64,000 nt of DNA, from assembly GCA_963710375.1 (NCBI GenBank), contig CAVPZX010000002.1, positions 992,001 through 1,056,000 on the forward strand. The letters run 5' to 3'. The position numbers and the translations under genes are program-made. This document shows positions 13,256 through 24,059 of this stretch, piece by piece. Below the pieces are notes generated by a model. It had not been told where the DNA came from and did not search any database. It was given only the letters and a program-made list of their open reading frames with translations. The stretch is from Nitrospirota bacterium (lineage in GTDB: Bacteria; Nitrospirota; Thermodesulfovibrionia; Thermodesulfovibrionales; Dissulfurispiraceae). Position 1 is the first letter of the stretch; every line of letters starts with the position of its first letter.

Positions 13256-14158
13256 TTGAAAATCACAATGCAGGAGTGTGACATGTCTGCGAAGCTTTGT
13301 TTTTTGAAAGATGATATTGCCTTAATGGGGGTATGCCTTGATGATAGAGGCGAGGCTGCAAAGAAATTTTTACATGACAGGGCTGATGATATATATGCAT
13401 TAGAATATAACGTGGACGATTTTACTCTCAGTGTTAATGGATCAGTTATAAATGCCGAGAATATTGACGATTTTCTCCATCCGTTTATAGGAAAATCGAT
13501 AGTGTTGGAAACTACTACACTTGGCTTTGTAGAAATTTTTTTATGTTGCAGGGCCCTTAAGAATTTAGGGATTCCAAAGTTTGATTTGATATATGTGGAA
13601 CCTCACGGTTACAACAGTCCTCGTAGGACTGCTTCACTTCTTAATAAACGAGATTTTGAGCTTTCTGGCGAGGTTCCAGGGTACCGGGCTATTCCGGGCG
13701 CAGCGATTATGTTGACAGATAGGCAGCCGCAATTAGGCGTATTTTTTCTGGGTTACGAAGAAAGGCGGCTTGAACAGGCCCTTGAAGATTATCAAATGAT
13801 TCAAACTTCTCGTTGCTGCTCGGTGTTCGGTGTTCCAGCATTTAAGCCTGGATGGGAAATGGATGCTTTTGCAAATAATATTAGGGTTATTCGAGATAAA
13901 AATGTCAGGGGCGGGATAAAATTTTGTGGTGCTGAGAATCCTGCTGCTGCTGTAAGTCTTCTTACTGATATTTACAAGGGACTCGAACCAAATGAAAAGA
14001 TGTTTATTGCACCTTTAGGAACAAAACCTCACGGCATAGGAGTTGCCTTGTTCGCTTCTGTCCACAAAGATGTAGGCATTCTTTACGATCATCCGAGACG
14101 GCGACATGGACGCAGTAGTGACGTGTCCAGGTGGCATTTGTATACGGTGGAATTTTAG
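13256..14158 (+). CDS. Uncharacterised Rossmann-like, possibly CARF-like protein
   Basis: Alternating beta/alpha pattern; IVLETTTLG, YVEP, FFLGYE, IAPLGTKP motifs; RBS GGAGG. Confidence 0.5.
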   Translation: MKITMQECDMSAKLCFLKDDIALMGVCLDDRGEAAKKFLHDRADDIYALEYNVDDFTLSVNGSVINAENIDDFLHPFIGKSIVLETTTLGFVEIFLCCRALKNLGIPKFDLIYVEPHGYNSPRRTASLLNKRDFELSGEVPGYRAIPGAAIMLTDRQPQLGVFFLGYEERRLEQALEDYQMIQTSRCCSVFGVPAFKPGWEMDAFANNIRVIRDKNVRGGIKFCGAENPAAAVSLLTDIYKGLEPNEKMFIAPLGTKPHGIGVALFASVHKDVGILYDHPRRRHGRSSDVSRWHLYTVEF

Positions 14159-14210
14159 ACATGATTTCTTGTCGGTCCCAATCAACTGCCTTAATCTTTT
14201 ACCTGAATGA

Positions 14211-14843
14211 TCAAGTATGTAGGGGTTTGTTGTGCCTGAGCTGCCCAACACATAAACGGGACCAGCTTTCCATTTTGCTTTTATAGCGGGATAATTTCTC
14301 GTATGAAATAAATCTGCAATCACTTATTGACTCTTCTGTTGATTTAATATTGGTGTCAGTAATAGTCCAAACTTCAACTACGCCGAAGTGTACACGACCG
14401 ACTGCGGTGCTGATGTCATTTATATAGCCTATTATTTGTTGAGTATCAATTAACGTTAAAGGTAAGAATACTTCTTCTTTAATCTCTCGAAGTGCTGACT
14501 TTCTTAATGTTGCCATAAAATCGATTTTCCTTTTACTTTTTACTATATCTTTTAATTCTACATGCCCACCAAGACCGATTGACAACTGTTCATGTAAACG
14601 TTTTTCTTTTCCTTTTATGGAACGTTTATACATTAAAAGCGAATTACTTTTCTTAAGTATTATGTAGGGAATAATCTGCCGGAAACCTGGGTCATACTCG
14701 ATGACTGAGCGTGGTGCAAACCACACGGGGCCTATTTGCAGCATTTCTGAAAGATCGAGCTGAGAAACGGGAATAAAGCCCTGAGTTTTTGTTTTTTCTT
14801 TTAAGATTCTTGTTTCTATACATAATACGCTTTCCCTTTCCAT
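14211..14843 (-). CDS. NUDIX-family hydrolase (YmaB/COG4112-like)
   Basis: EYDPGFRQIIPY, EKRLHEQLSIGLGGHVE, ALREIKEEV, VGRVHFG; ATG overlaps the MTase stop. Confidence 0.75.
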   Translation of the reverse strand: MERESVLCIETRILKEKTKTQGFIPVSQLDLSEMLQIGPVWFAPRSVIEYDPGFRQIIPYIILKKSNSLLMYKRSIKGKEKRLHEQLSIGLGGHVELKDIVKSKRKIDFMATLRKSALREIKEEVFLPLTLIDTQQIIGYINDISTAVGRVHFGVVEVWTITDTNIKSTEESISDCRFISYEKLSRYKSKMESWSRLCVGQLRHNKPLHT

Positions 14844-16087
14844 TAGTCTTTGGAACTCGTGCAAAGAGAGGGTTTTATGGAGGGAGAGGGAATATTTTCA
14901 TTTCCTAATTCATATAAAGGGAAAGAAAATAAATCTCTCTTACTTATTACCTGTGCACATACTCCATGGGCTTGAGCGCTTAACCAGTTCTGACCCTCGT
15001 AAGACGCAAACGAATCAAACGCTATCTTTCTAAATACTTTCCCCACCCGTATTCTAATTATACAATCGGTAAGCCAGCAAGTACCTGACTTAACAAACGT
15101 CACTTTTCCTATGCATCGTTTCCCCACCCGAGCAAGTAAAATATCACCTTTTCTTGCGATGATACCTTTTCCGGAAGCCTTATCTCTGAATTTTACCCCA
15201 TTTTGAAATAATTCTGGAAAATCCGATGTGTGAAAAAAGGGCAGTTTTGTCCCCAATAATTCTTTATGTGTAAAGCTGCCTCTGACTATTTCGGCGCCGA
15301 TGTCAGACAGTGTTAGTAATGTTTTTTGGGGAGTATTTCTTTGCATCAAATTATAGAAAGTGAAATCCATCCGGCGTAGCAAGTTGTCTACTGAAACAAA
15401 TATTGCCTTTTTGCAGATAGCCGCATCATCAGCCAAATATAAGGGGATTCTTGACAAAGGTTCTGCGTCTTTTCTGATTAAGAGAATATGAGTCCTGGCC
15501 TCTGTTTTTGTAAAGATTTTATCTGGCAACTGAATTACTTTAAATACCTGATGGTTTTGAAGTAATGCTTCGCGAAATAAAACATAATTGTGACCAGTCA
15601 ATAAACTATCGGGGAGAATTATCCCCATCTCTCCCCCCTTGCGGAGCATCTGAAGATTTTGTGCAAGAAAGACCAAGTCAGATGTTAATGTAGGCAATTT
15701 AGTACATGTTGATAAACCGGCGCACTTAAAAATGTCGTTTAAATGGATGTTATTTTCTATTTTAAGGTATGGCGGATTACAAATAGCGACATCTACACTC
15801 CCGATACTTAGCTTTAACTCCTGAGGTAATTTATGAGATAGCCCGTTTATATTAAATAATTTTGCAAAAGGGAAATCCTTTTTTAAAATGCTTATTCCTG
15901 ATGAGTCAATCTCTGCAGCATAGTATTTGGCTCTTTGCCAGCGGTCATGAGCTGCACGTAACAGTGAACCTCTGCCCGCCCCTAGCTCTAATATGTGCCT
16001 AGGTTCATTTTGCGGTATGCTATCTACAAGCAATCTTGCTATTTGCCTCTCTGTATAATAACAGGCAAGAGTATTCATAAACTCCAC
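14843..16087 (-). CDS. N6-adenine DNA methyltransferase with a C-terminal TRD-like region
   Basis: Motif I LELGAGRGSLL, motif IV ICNPPY, IILPDSLL, F..TEA.T. Confidence 0.85.
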   Translation of the reverse strand: MEFMNTLACYYTERQIARLLVDSIPQNEPRHILELGAGRGSLLRAAHDRWQRAKYYAAEIDSSGISILKKDFPFAKLFNINGLSHKLPQELKLSIGSVDVAICNPPYLKIENNIHLNDIFKCAGLSTCTKLPTLTSDLVFLAQNLQMLRKGGEMGIILPDSLLTGHNYVLFREALLQNHQVFKVIQLPDKIFTKTEARTHILLIRKDAEPLSRIPLYLADDAAICKKAIFVSVDNLLRRMDFTFYNLMQRNTPQKTLLTLSDIGAEIVRGSFTHKELLGTKLPFFHTSDFPELFQNGVKFRDKASGKGIIARKGDILLARVGKRCIGKVTFVKSGTCWLTDCIIRIRVGKVFRKIAFDSFASYEGQNWLSAQAHGVCAQVISKRDLFSFPLYELGNENIPSPSIKPSLCTSSKD

Positions 16088-16088
16088 A

Positions 16089-16319
16089 TTAGAAGGTCTC
16101 GGTATCTTTAATTAACTTATCCAATGTAAGACCTAAAGCGTCAGCAATCTTTTTCATTCTTAAAATACCCGGATCTTTTGTGGCGCCATTCTCAATTTTC
16201 AAGAGCCACGAATATGTAATTTCAGCCTTTCTTGCCAATCCTTCTTGAGTAAATCCTTTTTTTTCTCTTTGTTTCTTAACGAGATATCCAATAGCTTTAT
16301 CCGGCGTTGCATCTTCCAA
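16089..16319 (-). CDS. XRE-family HTH regulator (controller-like)
   Basis: REKKGFTQEGLARKAEITYSWLLKIENG...P....KIADAL; directly upstream of the MTase. Confidence 0.85.
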   Translation of the reverse strand: MEDATPDKAIGYLVKKQREKKGFTQEGLARKAEITYSWLLKIENGATKDPGILRMKKIADALGLTLDKLIKDTETF

Positions 16320-16332
16320 AACATTTCCTCGT

Positions 16333-16354
16333 TACTATCAAAATAAGGATAGTA
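16333..16354. promoter_or_regulatory. Putative operator palindrome upstream of the XRE gene
   Basis: TACTATC-N8-GATAGTA. Confidence 0.45.
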
Positions 16355-16585
16355 TTAAACAGCTACTCCTTTACTAATTGCTGTATATTGCTACCCTAAA
16401 AAAACTATCCGTATAATACTACCAATTAATTTTTTTTTCAATAGCCTCAGTGAGGTTTGCTATAAATATTCATGAAGGTAGCTTAGGTGGAAAGCACCTC
16501 TTGTCTATAGCTTCCTCAAGGGTACCACTGGTTTGCCTCTTAAGGCACATATAAGATTTTTAACGTTTTGAAGTATACAAATGAA

Positions 16586-16623
16586 AAGCAGGGGGATCAT
16601 CACATTTAATGATCCCCCTGCTT
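16586..16623. terminator. Stem-loop, probable terminator of the sigma-like gene
   Basis: 15-bp perfect stem AAGCAGGGGGATCAT / ATGATCCCCCTGCTT. Confidence 0.65.
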
Positions 16624-16681
16624 ATAATGGAGGCTGGCGGGCCATGATTGCAAAATTTATTTTTAGCCTGACAAGGTCAGA

Positions 16682-17341
16682 TTAATTATAATTTTCCTTA
16701 CAATCCATTTCTTCTGGGACCGATTCAGCGATTAATTCCCAGTGCGGCTTCCGATAAATGGATTGGGGTTTAAATCTCGTGAAGTCTTGATACTCAAGTC
16801 CTTTCCGCCGGACGATGGCATTTATTTGAGACTTTGCTTTTTTGATTTTTCTCTCTGCTGTACTCTTAGAGCAGCTGAATTTTTTTGCTACCTGCTCGTA
16901 CGTCAGTTTTTCGCCATAATACTTCAGGAGCATCTGGCGTGTTTTCTTTTCGTGGCCTGCAAGCAGAGTATCAACAAATGTTTTGACTTGTGCCAACAAT
17001 AGCCTGTTCAGGATATTTTCCGCTCTTAAGGGATATTCATGCTGTCCGGAAAAACCACGGGGAGTAACTTCGTCACTATAGCATTCATCCTGAGGCGCGG
17101 CTAATTCTCCTATATCGTCAACATATACCTCTTTTCCCTTTCTCTTACGGTAATCACTTCTAACCTTATGACGAACTTTTCGGAGATGACATTTAAAAGC
17201 GTCTCCTCGTGTCATAGAAGGATCTGCCCTGTAATAAAAAGTTTCCCTGCCCATCAGATATGTATCCGCAATGATGTCATGATTGTTTCTGCTGTAATAT
17301 CCAAGCCCATAGGCTTTACCGAGCTCGTCATTATTGAGCAT
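16682..17341 (-). CDS. Sigma-70 region-4-like HTH protein (ECF-like)
   Basis: RQMLLKYYGEKLTYEQVAKKFSCSKSTAERKIKKAK. Confidence 0.55.
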   Translation of the reverse strand: MLNNDELGKAYGLGYYSRNNHDIIADTYLMGRETFYYRADPSMTRGDAFKCHLRKVRHKVRSDYRKRKGKEVYVDDIGELAAPQDECYSDEVTPRGFSGQHEYPLRAENILNRLLLAQVKTFVDTLLAGHEKKTRQMLLKYYGEKLTYEQVAKKFSCSKSTAERKIKKAKSQINAIVRRKGLEYQDFTRFKPQSIYRKPHWELIAESVPEEMDCKENYN

Positions 17342-18056
17342 TAATTGCTTTCCTCCACAAGGCCCGCCAGCCTCAGGATTATATCCAAAGATAACATCCA
17401 GATATAAAATGTCCTTTTGGACATTTCAACAAATTGCTTCGGAAGAATCTTGCATGCTGCATTGCAATACCATGACAGGCAAGACAAAGGTATAGCGGAA
17501 AGGTATGTAACCAGACCCGGGGGACTTTCCCATGGATCAGCGTTACCAAAGTTAAAACCAGCAATATCAAAGAACATAAAAACGAATAATTATAGCAGAA
17601 CTATTTTCTAAAAAAGAAGGGAAATTTAGTCGTTTGAAGCCTTTCCGTAACTGATTGGAATATCGAATATAAATCATGCAGTTTAAAAAAGATGGGAAAA
17701 ATTGTACTGCTGGCGTCCCTATATGAATAGGGTAATTTGTTTGTTTCTTCTGTTAATCAGGGAAGCACCCAAGATATTGGAATTTGCTTTTTGGAGCGGA
17801 TTAAAGGTATCATAATGATACCTAAAATATTTCGATGAATGCTGCATTTATTTTTGATAGTTCACTCTTATTTCTTCCAAATTTATTCAATGTGTATTCT
17901 TAGTTAATGACTTGCCGCCCCCTTTGTCTATCTTAAGTGAAATAACAAAGGGGAGAAGGTGCGCAAGCGAGGCTGGCAGTCCCGTTATTTCAAGTTCTAT
18001 TCTCGTTTAATTGATGGGACCGTATTAACAATCTATTTTGCAGGAGGTGCTGAGGA

Positions 18057-18704
18057 GTGTCGGTAAGAAGAATAACAAACGGCGGCAGGAAGGTGATTGG
18101 GAAATTCCCGAGTCTTAAGATGGGGAGGGCCGTATGGTGGGAGTCGCAGCTTGAGCGAGATTATATTTATTATTTGGAGGTGGACCGAGACATTGTTTCG
18201 TACAAAGAGCAGCCTCTGAAGATCCGCTATCTGCTGGATAGGAAAATTCACCACTATACACCGGACTTCCTGGTCTGGCGGACAGACAAACAACAAATAG
18301 TCGAGGTGAAGGATGAGGAAAGCGCCGGCAAGGAAGAGTACAGGCATTTGTTCCATATTGTTGCCCCGCTTTTCATGGAGGAAGGATATGAATTTGTGGT
18401 AGTGACTGAGAAGACAATTCGTCTCAGGCCTCTTCTGGATAATTTAAAACTGCTGCACAAATATTCCAGAACAATAATTTCGCATAAGCACCAGATTGAC
18501 GCGTATGCTTTTTTCTCAAGCGACGAAGACGGTACGCTGGGAAAGTTGGCGTCCTTCCTCAGAGCCAAGGGATCAGGCGCTGAAATAGCCTATGCCCTAA
18601 TTTATTGGGGTGTCATTGCGGTCAACCTTGCAAATCCTATTAATTCACAAAGCCAGGTGAGCCTGGCGGATGCATCGATGTTAACAAAGGAGAAGTGCGC
18701 GTGA
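18057..18704 (+). CDS. tnsA: TnsA endonuclease
   Basis: GKFPSLK...ESQLERDY...EQP...YTPDFLV...VEVK (PD-(D/E)xK). Confidence 0.9.
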   Translation: MSVRRITNGGRKVIGKFPSLKMGRAVWWESQLERDYIYYLEVDRDIVSYKEQPLKIRYLLDRKIHHYTPDFLVWRTDKQQIVEVKDEESAGKEEYRHLFHIVAPLFMEEGYEFVVVTEKTIRLRPLLDNLKLLHKYSRTIISHKHQIDAYAFFSSDEDGTLGKLASFLRAKGSGAEIAYALIYWGVIAVNLANPINSQSQVSLADASMLTKEKCA

Positions 18705-20954
18705 AAAATCACAGATTTGGGAAAGGGCAGAGGATTGCCATGGGAGGGCGTGAGTACATAATAGAAAGACGACTTCCTAACGGCGATCTTCAATTAAAAG
18801 ACATTGTAACCAACACATATATGGCAAAAGCGGCGGGGGAGCTTGTTAATGCTTTATTTAATGGCAATTTGGCCATGGTCGCCGATGAGCAACTCATTCC
18901 GTATGTCAGAAAAAATAGTGCTCGCGTGCTTAATGCGGATTTCACCCAATTGCCCGAGAGCGACAGAGAGAAGGCTAAACGGAAATACGCCTACGTCATG
19001 GAAATAATTAAGCGGGGCCTGGACAGGATCACAAAGCAATCTGTCGAGCCGGTTGTTAGTGAAGTAAGCAAAGAACTTAATGATTGTGCACCCCCCTCGT
19101 GGATTCAAGTCTACCGGTGGCACAGGGATTTCATCATATCGGGGGAAAACATTCGTTCCCTCGCACCTCTGACAAAGGCAAGAGGAAACCATAAGATACG
19201 ACTGTCGGAAGAAGTCACGGCTATAATCGAAACCATAATCAATGAAAAATACCTTGATACGCAAAGGGCCTCTGTTCTATCGACTTATGATACGGTGATA
19301 GCCAGAATAGCTCATGAAAACCAGCTAAGGCCAAAAGACGACCAGATAACAAAACCGAGCCAGATGGTTCTTTATCGAGCTGTTGCCAAACTCGATCCCT
19401 ATGAGGAGATGAAAGCGAGATATGGCAAAGCAGCAGCCGACTTGAAGTTCAACCCCGTCAAGCAAGGCATACGCCCTACCCGGGCGCTGGAGCGGGTGGA
19501 AATTGACCATACGAAGTTGGACCTCTTTGTTATAGACACTGAAAGGAAAATGCCCATTGGGCGGCCGTGGCTCACTACCGCAATTGACGTTTATACAAAG
19601 TGTATAGCCGGCATGTATGTCAGCTTTAATCCGCCTTCTTATCTGTCGGTTATGCAGTGCATGCGCCATGCGATAACACCCAAAGCATACGTTAAGCAGC
19701 GGTACCCGGAGATTCGGCATGAATGGGGTGCCTACGGCAAAATGGAAAGTGTCGTGGTTGATAACGGGAAGGAGTTCCACAGCACACATTTTGAAGACGC
19801 ATGCCTCCAGCTTGGGATTGTCCTTCAGTACGCGCCGATCAAACTTGCTTGGTACAAACCGAGCATCGAGAGATATTTCGGTACATTGAACACCAGATTG
19901 CTTCACCAACAGCCTGGCACGTCTTTCTCGAACATCGTTGATAAGGGAGATTATGACCCCAGGGAAAACGCAATTATCGACTTCAATACCCTCATGTCAG
20001 TGCTGCATAAATGGATTGTGGATGTTTACCATTACGATGAACATAGAGGCATACATGATATCCCGGCGCTTAGATGGGAAAAAGCGATAGAGGAATTCCC
20101 GCCGGCCCTCCCTTCCTGCAGGGAAGAACTTGATGTCATGCTCGGCATGATTGAAAAAAGGGTAATCTCCAAATCCGGGATCGAGCTCCACGGCCTTTTT
20201 TATAACGACGAGAGCCTTGCCCTGTTGCGCCGCAGGAGGAAAGAAGAGGGGAAGGTGACGGTCAAGTTCGATCCTGGCGACCTTTCGATGATCCATGTTT
20301 TCGATGAAGACAGCAATACTTTTATTCCTGTGCCGGCTCAGGCTGTCACATATAGTGAAGGCCTGACCCTCTGGCAACACAATGTAATCAGGAGATATAC
20401 CCGCAATTATATCGATGAGAACTGCGATATAATCTCCCTGGCCCTTGCAAAAGAAGAGATTCAGAGGATGGTCGAGAATGCATGGAACAGCAGCAAAAAA
20501 AACGGGACTCGCCAAAAGGCGGCGCGCTGGCTGAATCTTTCTCAAGAAAATCAGCTTGAGACCTCATTACAGGCGGATGCCTTCGGGGGGTCGGCAAGGT
20601 TACCGCTGACAAAGCCGGTTCGACGGGCTTGTTATGCCGGCAGCGAGCGTGCATCCGCTAAACCGCATATCTGATGTGGGAACAGCCATTTGTTGCGACA
20701 ATTCTGAAGACTCGAGAGAAGCAGAAGAAGGCATCGTGATAACGAAGGAACCGATCAGAAAGAAAATGGGCGCTTTAAAAAAGGGAGCGGGAAGGCCGAA
20801 GAAAGAATTATCTGTTGTTAATGGTGCCGCAAAGAAGGCGGGCGACCAAAGAATTAAAGGCACTTCATCCTTTGCCGCAACCTCGATTAATGTTGAAGAG
20901 CACAGCGATTTGTCAGAATGGGATTACAGTTACGCCATGCCCGGGAGGGCATAA
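18701..20954 (+). CDS. tnsB: TnsB DDE transposase; C-terminal tail apparently frameshifted (20610-20674)
   Basis: EIDHT, VDNGKEF, KPSIERYF catalytic motifs; GTGA overlap with tnsA; ORF 20634-20954 ends DLSEWDYSY just before tnsC. Confidence 0.88.
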
Positions 20955-20957
20955 GTA

Positions 20958-22019
20958 ATGACGCAGGGAAACGCTTTGAAAGTTGAGGATGTTTGCGGGA
21001 TGGGAAAGCCCCTGGAGGTTAAGAAAGATTTTGGTGCTATGACAATGAAAGAGAGGGTCAACCTCATAGAGCATATTTTTATTTCTCACCCCCAGCTTAA
21101 GAATATTGTGAAGAAAATAGATGAATGCCATCAGGACTCCAAGGTATCAATTGAGCCCAAATGCCTTTTCATAACCGGGAGGCCCGGCTGCGGCAAAACG
21201 ACGATCGCAAGGTTTTATGAAAGCCGTTATCCGCGCAGGGCTACGGTTGGAGGTGCGGAGATTCCCGTGCTCTCCTCGACAATTTTCTCACCGGCAACAG
21301 TGAAAGGGATGGCGACGGGCCTGCTTTATAGTTTGGGCGACCCCATTGCGGATAAGGGAACAATAACCAGCCAAACAATCAGGTTATACAAAATGATCAA
21401 AGACTGCAAAACGGAGGTAATTGTTCTCGATGAATTCCAGCATCTTATTGATAAGGATTCGAACAAGGTCCTTCAAGTCGCTGCAGATTGGTTGAAGAAT
21501 CTTCTAAACAACACCGCTGTCCCCATGGTGTTGATCGGCATGCCGTCATCGGTAAAGATACTCGACGCGAACGAGCAACTGAGGCGACGTTTCCTGAACA
21601 GGATGTGCCTCAACCCGTTTGGATGGAATACGCCTCGGGAACAAAGGGATTTCATCACATTGTTGAAGTTCATAGAAAAGGCATTGCCGCTCAAAGAGAT
21701 ATCGGGACTCTATTCTTACGAGACAGCTTTCCGGCTTTATTGCGCATCGCGGGGAGTCATTTCCAACCTCATGAAGATTGTGCGCAAGGCTGCAATATTA
21801 GCGATCAGAAAAGGCCAGGAAAGAATATCTCATGACTTGCTTATCGTGGCTTATGAAGATGAGATGGAGGAGAGTAGTGTTGCAGCAGACAACCCGTTTC
21901 TGCTTGATGTCGATAAGCTAACGGCGCCGCTCCTTGAGCAGAATGACGAGAAAGGACTTGGAAAAAGCGTCCGCGGGAGGACAGGCGTAAAACTCGCTGA
22001 CGTGTTAAGCACAAGGTAG
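20958..22019 (+). CDS. tnsC: TnsC/TniB AAA+ ATPase
   Basis: Walker A GRPGCGKT, Walker B IVLDEFQH, NEQLRRRF. Confidence 0.92.
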   Translation: MTQGNALKVEDVCGMGKPLEVKKDFGAMTMKERVNLIEHIFISHPQLKNIVKKIDECHQDSKVSIEPKCLFITGRPGCGKTTIARFYESRYPRRATVGGAEIPVLSSTIFSPATVKGMATGLLYSLGDPIADKGTITSQTIRLYKMIKDCKTEVIVLDEFQHLIDKDSNKVLQVAADWLKNLLNNTAVPMVLIGMPSSVKILDANEQLRRRFLNRMCLNPFGWNTPREQRDFITLLKFIEKALPLKEISGLYSYETAFRLYCASRGVISNLMKIVRKAAILAIRKGQERISHDLLIVAYEDEMEESSVAADNPFLLDVDKLTAPLLEQNDEKGLGKSVRGRTGVKLADVLSTR

Positions 22020-22033
22020 GGGGAATTTAAGAT

Positions 22034-23941
22034 ATGAGTGGAAAAATTACATTGCTCAGAATACTTAGGCCTCATAACGATGAGAGTTTCCCGGGTTTTC
22101 TTTTAAGGCTTGCGGAGGCGAACGGGTATGAGAGGTTTTCCTGGATATTGCAGATGGCTGGAATAACACACCCGGTAAATTATTTGCCGGATCCGGACCC
22201 ATTAAAGGACAGGATAGATTTAAGCGAGCTTTCTAATATAACTAATGTCAGCGCGGAAGATCTGGGGTCGTTACTTTTCGAGCGACATGATGGGGGCAGA
22301 CACTTCAAGCAGTTCGAGATTTTTGGGCAGGCGGTTCCCCGGTATATGGTGAGGTTTTCGAGGACAAAAGTTTGCCCAGCATGTCTGAAAGAGGCTAACT
22401 ATAGCCGTAAAATATGGGACCTTGCGCCGGTGACTGTGTGCCCCATTCATAAATGTTTTCTTTATGACGTATGCCCGAATTGCTTGAGTCCCATTACATG
22501 GAACCGGGCTCATGTGAGTATCTGTAACTGCACGTACGATTTCCGGGAGGCTCCGCTGTTAAAAGTTAGAGAAGAGAATTTATCATTGGCAAAGTATATT
22601 TATTACCTATGTGGCATGCCGCTGCCCGGTGAGATCGTTCAAAGCGATAATCCTTTATATGCTCTGGATCTGCAGCATCTGCTGCTTGCCGTCTTTTTTA
22701 TAGCGGGGCAACTCCACGGCTTTACGGAGACAACGGGCAAATTCTCCGCGCCCTCTTCCCGAAATATAGTTCTTCTACATTCACTTGCCGAAGCATTCCA
22801 GGTTTTTGAAAATTGGCCCCATAACTTCAACGCGTTCCTTGTAGGCTTGAGGGACCGGTATAACGTTTATGAAGGATCGACAGGGCTTAATGCGGATTTC
22901 GGGTAGTTTTACGAGTATATTTATAAGAATTTCGCCTCTTCAAAATTTCAGTTTATTAGGAGCGCATATGAAAAGTACTTGAGCGAACAATGGGATGGGG
23001 GATATCTATCGGCGAAATGTAAGTTCCTGACCAGGCGAGGCATTAGCCACAAGAAATTTGTCACTAGAATAAAAGCTCAGGAGATACTGCATGTTAAGGA
23101 AAAGGAAATTGATCGACTGCTTAAAACTGGGGAGTTGTTTGGCATTACGAAAAAAATGAAATCCAGAACGATGTATTTGATCGACGTCAATAGCGTCAAA
23201 AGAGTAAGAGAGGCAAATAAAGAACATATGCGCCTCAAAGAAGTAGTGGGTTTCCTGGGAATAGGAGAAAAGACAATAATGGAGTTGGGCCGAGCAAAAA
23301 TATTATGCATATATAACCGGGAGGTAAATAATTCCCTATGCTGGACTTTTAAGCGCACGGATGTCATATCCCTAATGCAAAAATTTGAGGAACTTGCAGA
23401 GGGAAATGAAAGCTGCTCGCTGAAACGAATAACTTTTTCTACCTGTTTGAGAAAGCTTTCCGGCGGCAAAGTGGGATTAATAGAGTTGGTGAAGGCTGTT
23501 CTGGCTGGGGATACCCGCCCCTGCGGGAAAGGCCCGGGAAGAGGATTGCGCAGTTACCTTTTTTATGACAAGGACATTAATGAATTAGTGAGGGCTAATA
23601 GAGAAAAAAATAGGGGTAATCTGTATTCCGTTACGGAAGCGTCGGAAATGCTTGGCCTCAAGGAGGAAGTTGTCTATTTTTTGACAAAGAAGGGAATTAT
23701 TCCGGTCGAGAGGGTAACTAATGGGCAGAAAACGGCGGTTTTTGTGACCAAGGAATCAATTAGTAACTTTGAAGACACATACACAACCTTGTCTTCACTT
23801 GCCAAGGATAATTATACGTCTCCCAAACGCCTTGCACTCGCGCTAATGGATAAAGGGATATCGCCTGTCTCGGGCCCCCTGATTGACAGTGGAAGACAAT
23901 ACATATTTAAGAGAACTGATCTCCAACGGTATGCTGCGTAA
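22034..23941 (+). pseudogene. tniQ: TnsD-like TniQ target selector (~635 codons) with an in-frame TAG at 22904-22906
   Basis: PHNDESFPGFLLRLAEANG, CPACL, CPIH, CPNC, CNC zinc motifs; ORF 22979-23941 is in the same frame, the gap is open, and it carries HTH repeats. Confidence 0.85.
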
Positions 23942-24059
23942 AGGAAGAGGTTAGATGTTTAGAATAGATATGTTGGAAATGCTGCTTATCTAAAAGGAGA
24001 CGGCTTTCAGGGTTGTTAATGACGAAACGATATCTGGATTTTGAAGATGAAACGATCCA

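Noticed and set aside
17341..17611. Short ORFs upstream of the sigma-like gene
   Set aside because: Three overlapping candidates without motifs or a clear RBS
22904..22906. Pyrrolysine readthrough of the tniQ amber codon
   Set aside because: No pyl genes in view and no reason for Pyl at this position; a nonsense mutation is simpler
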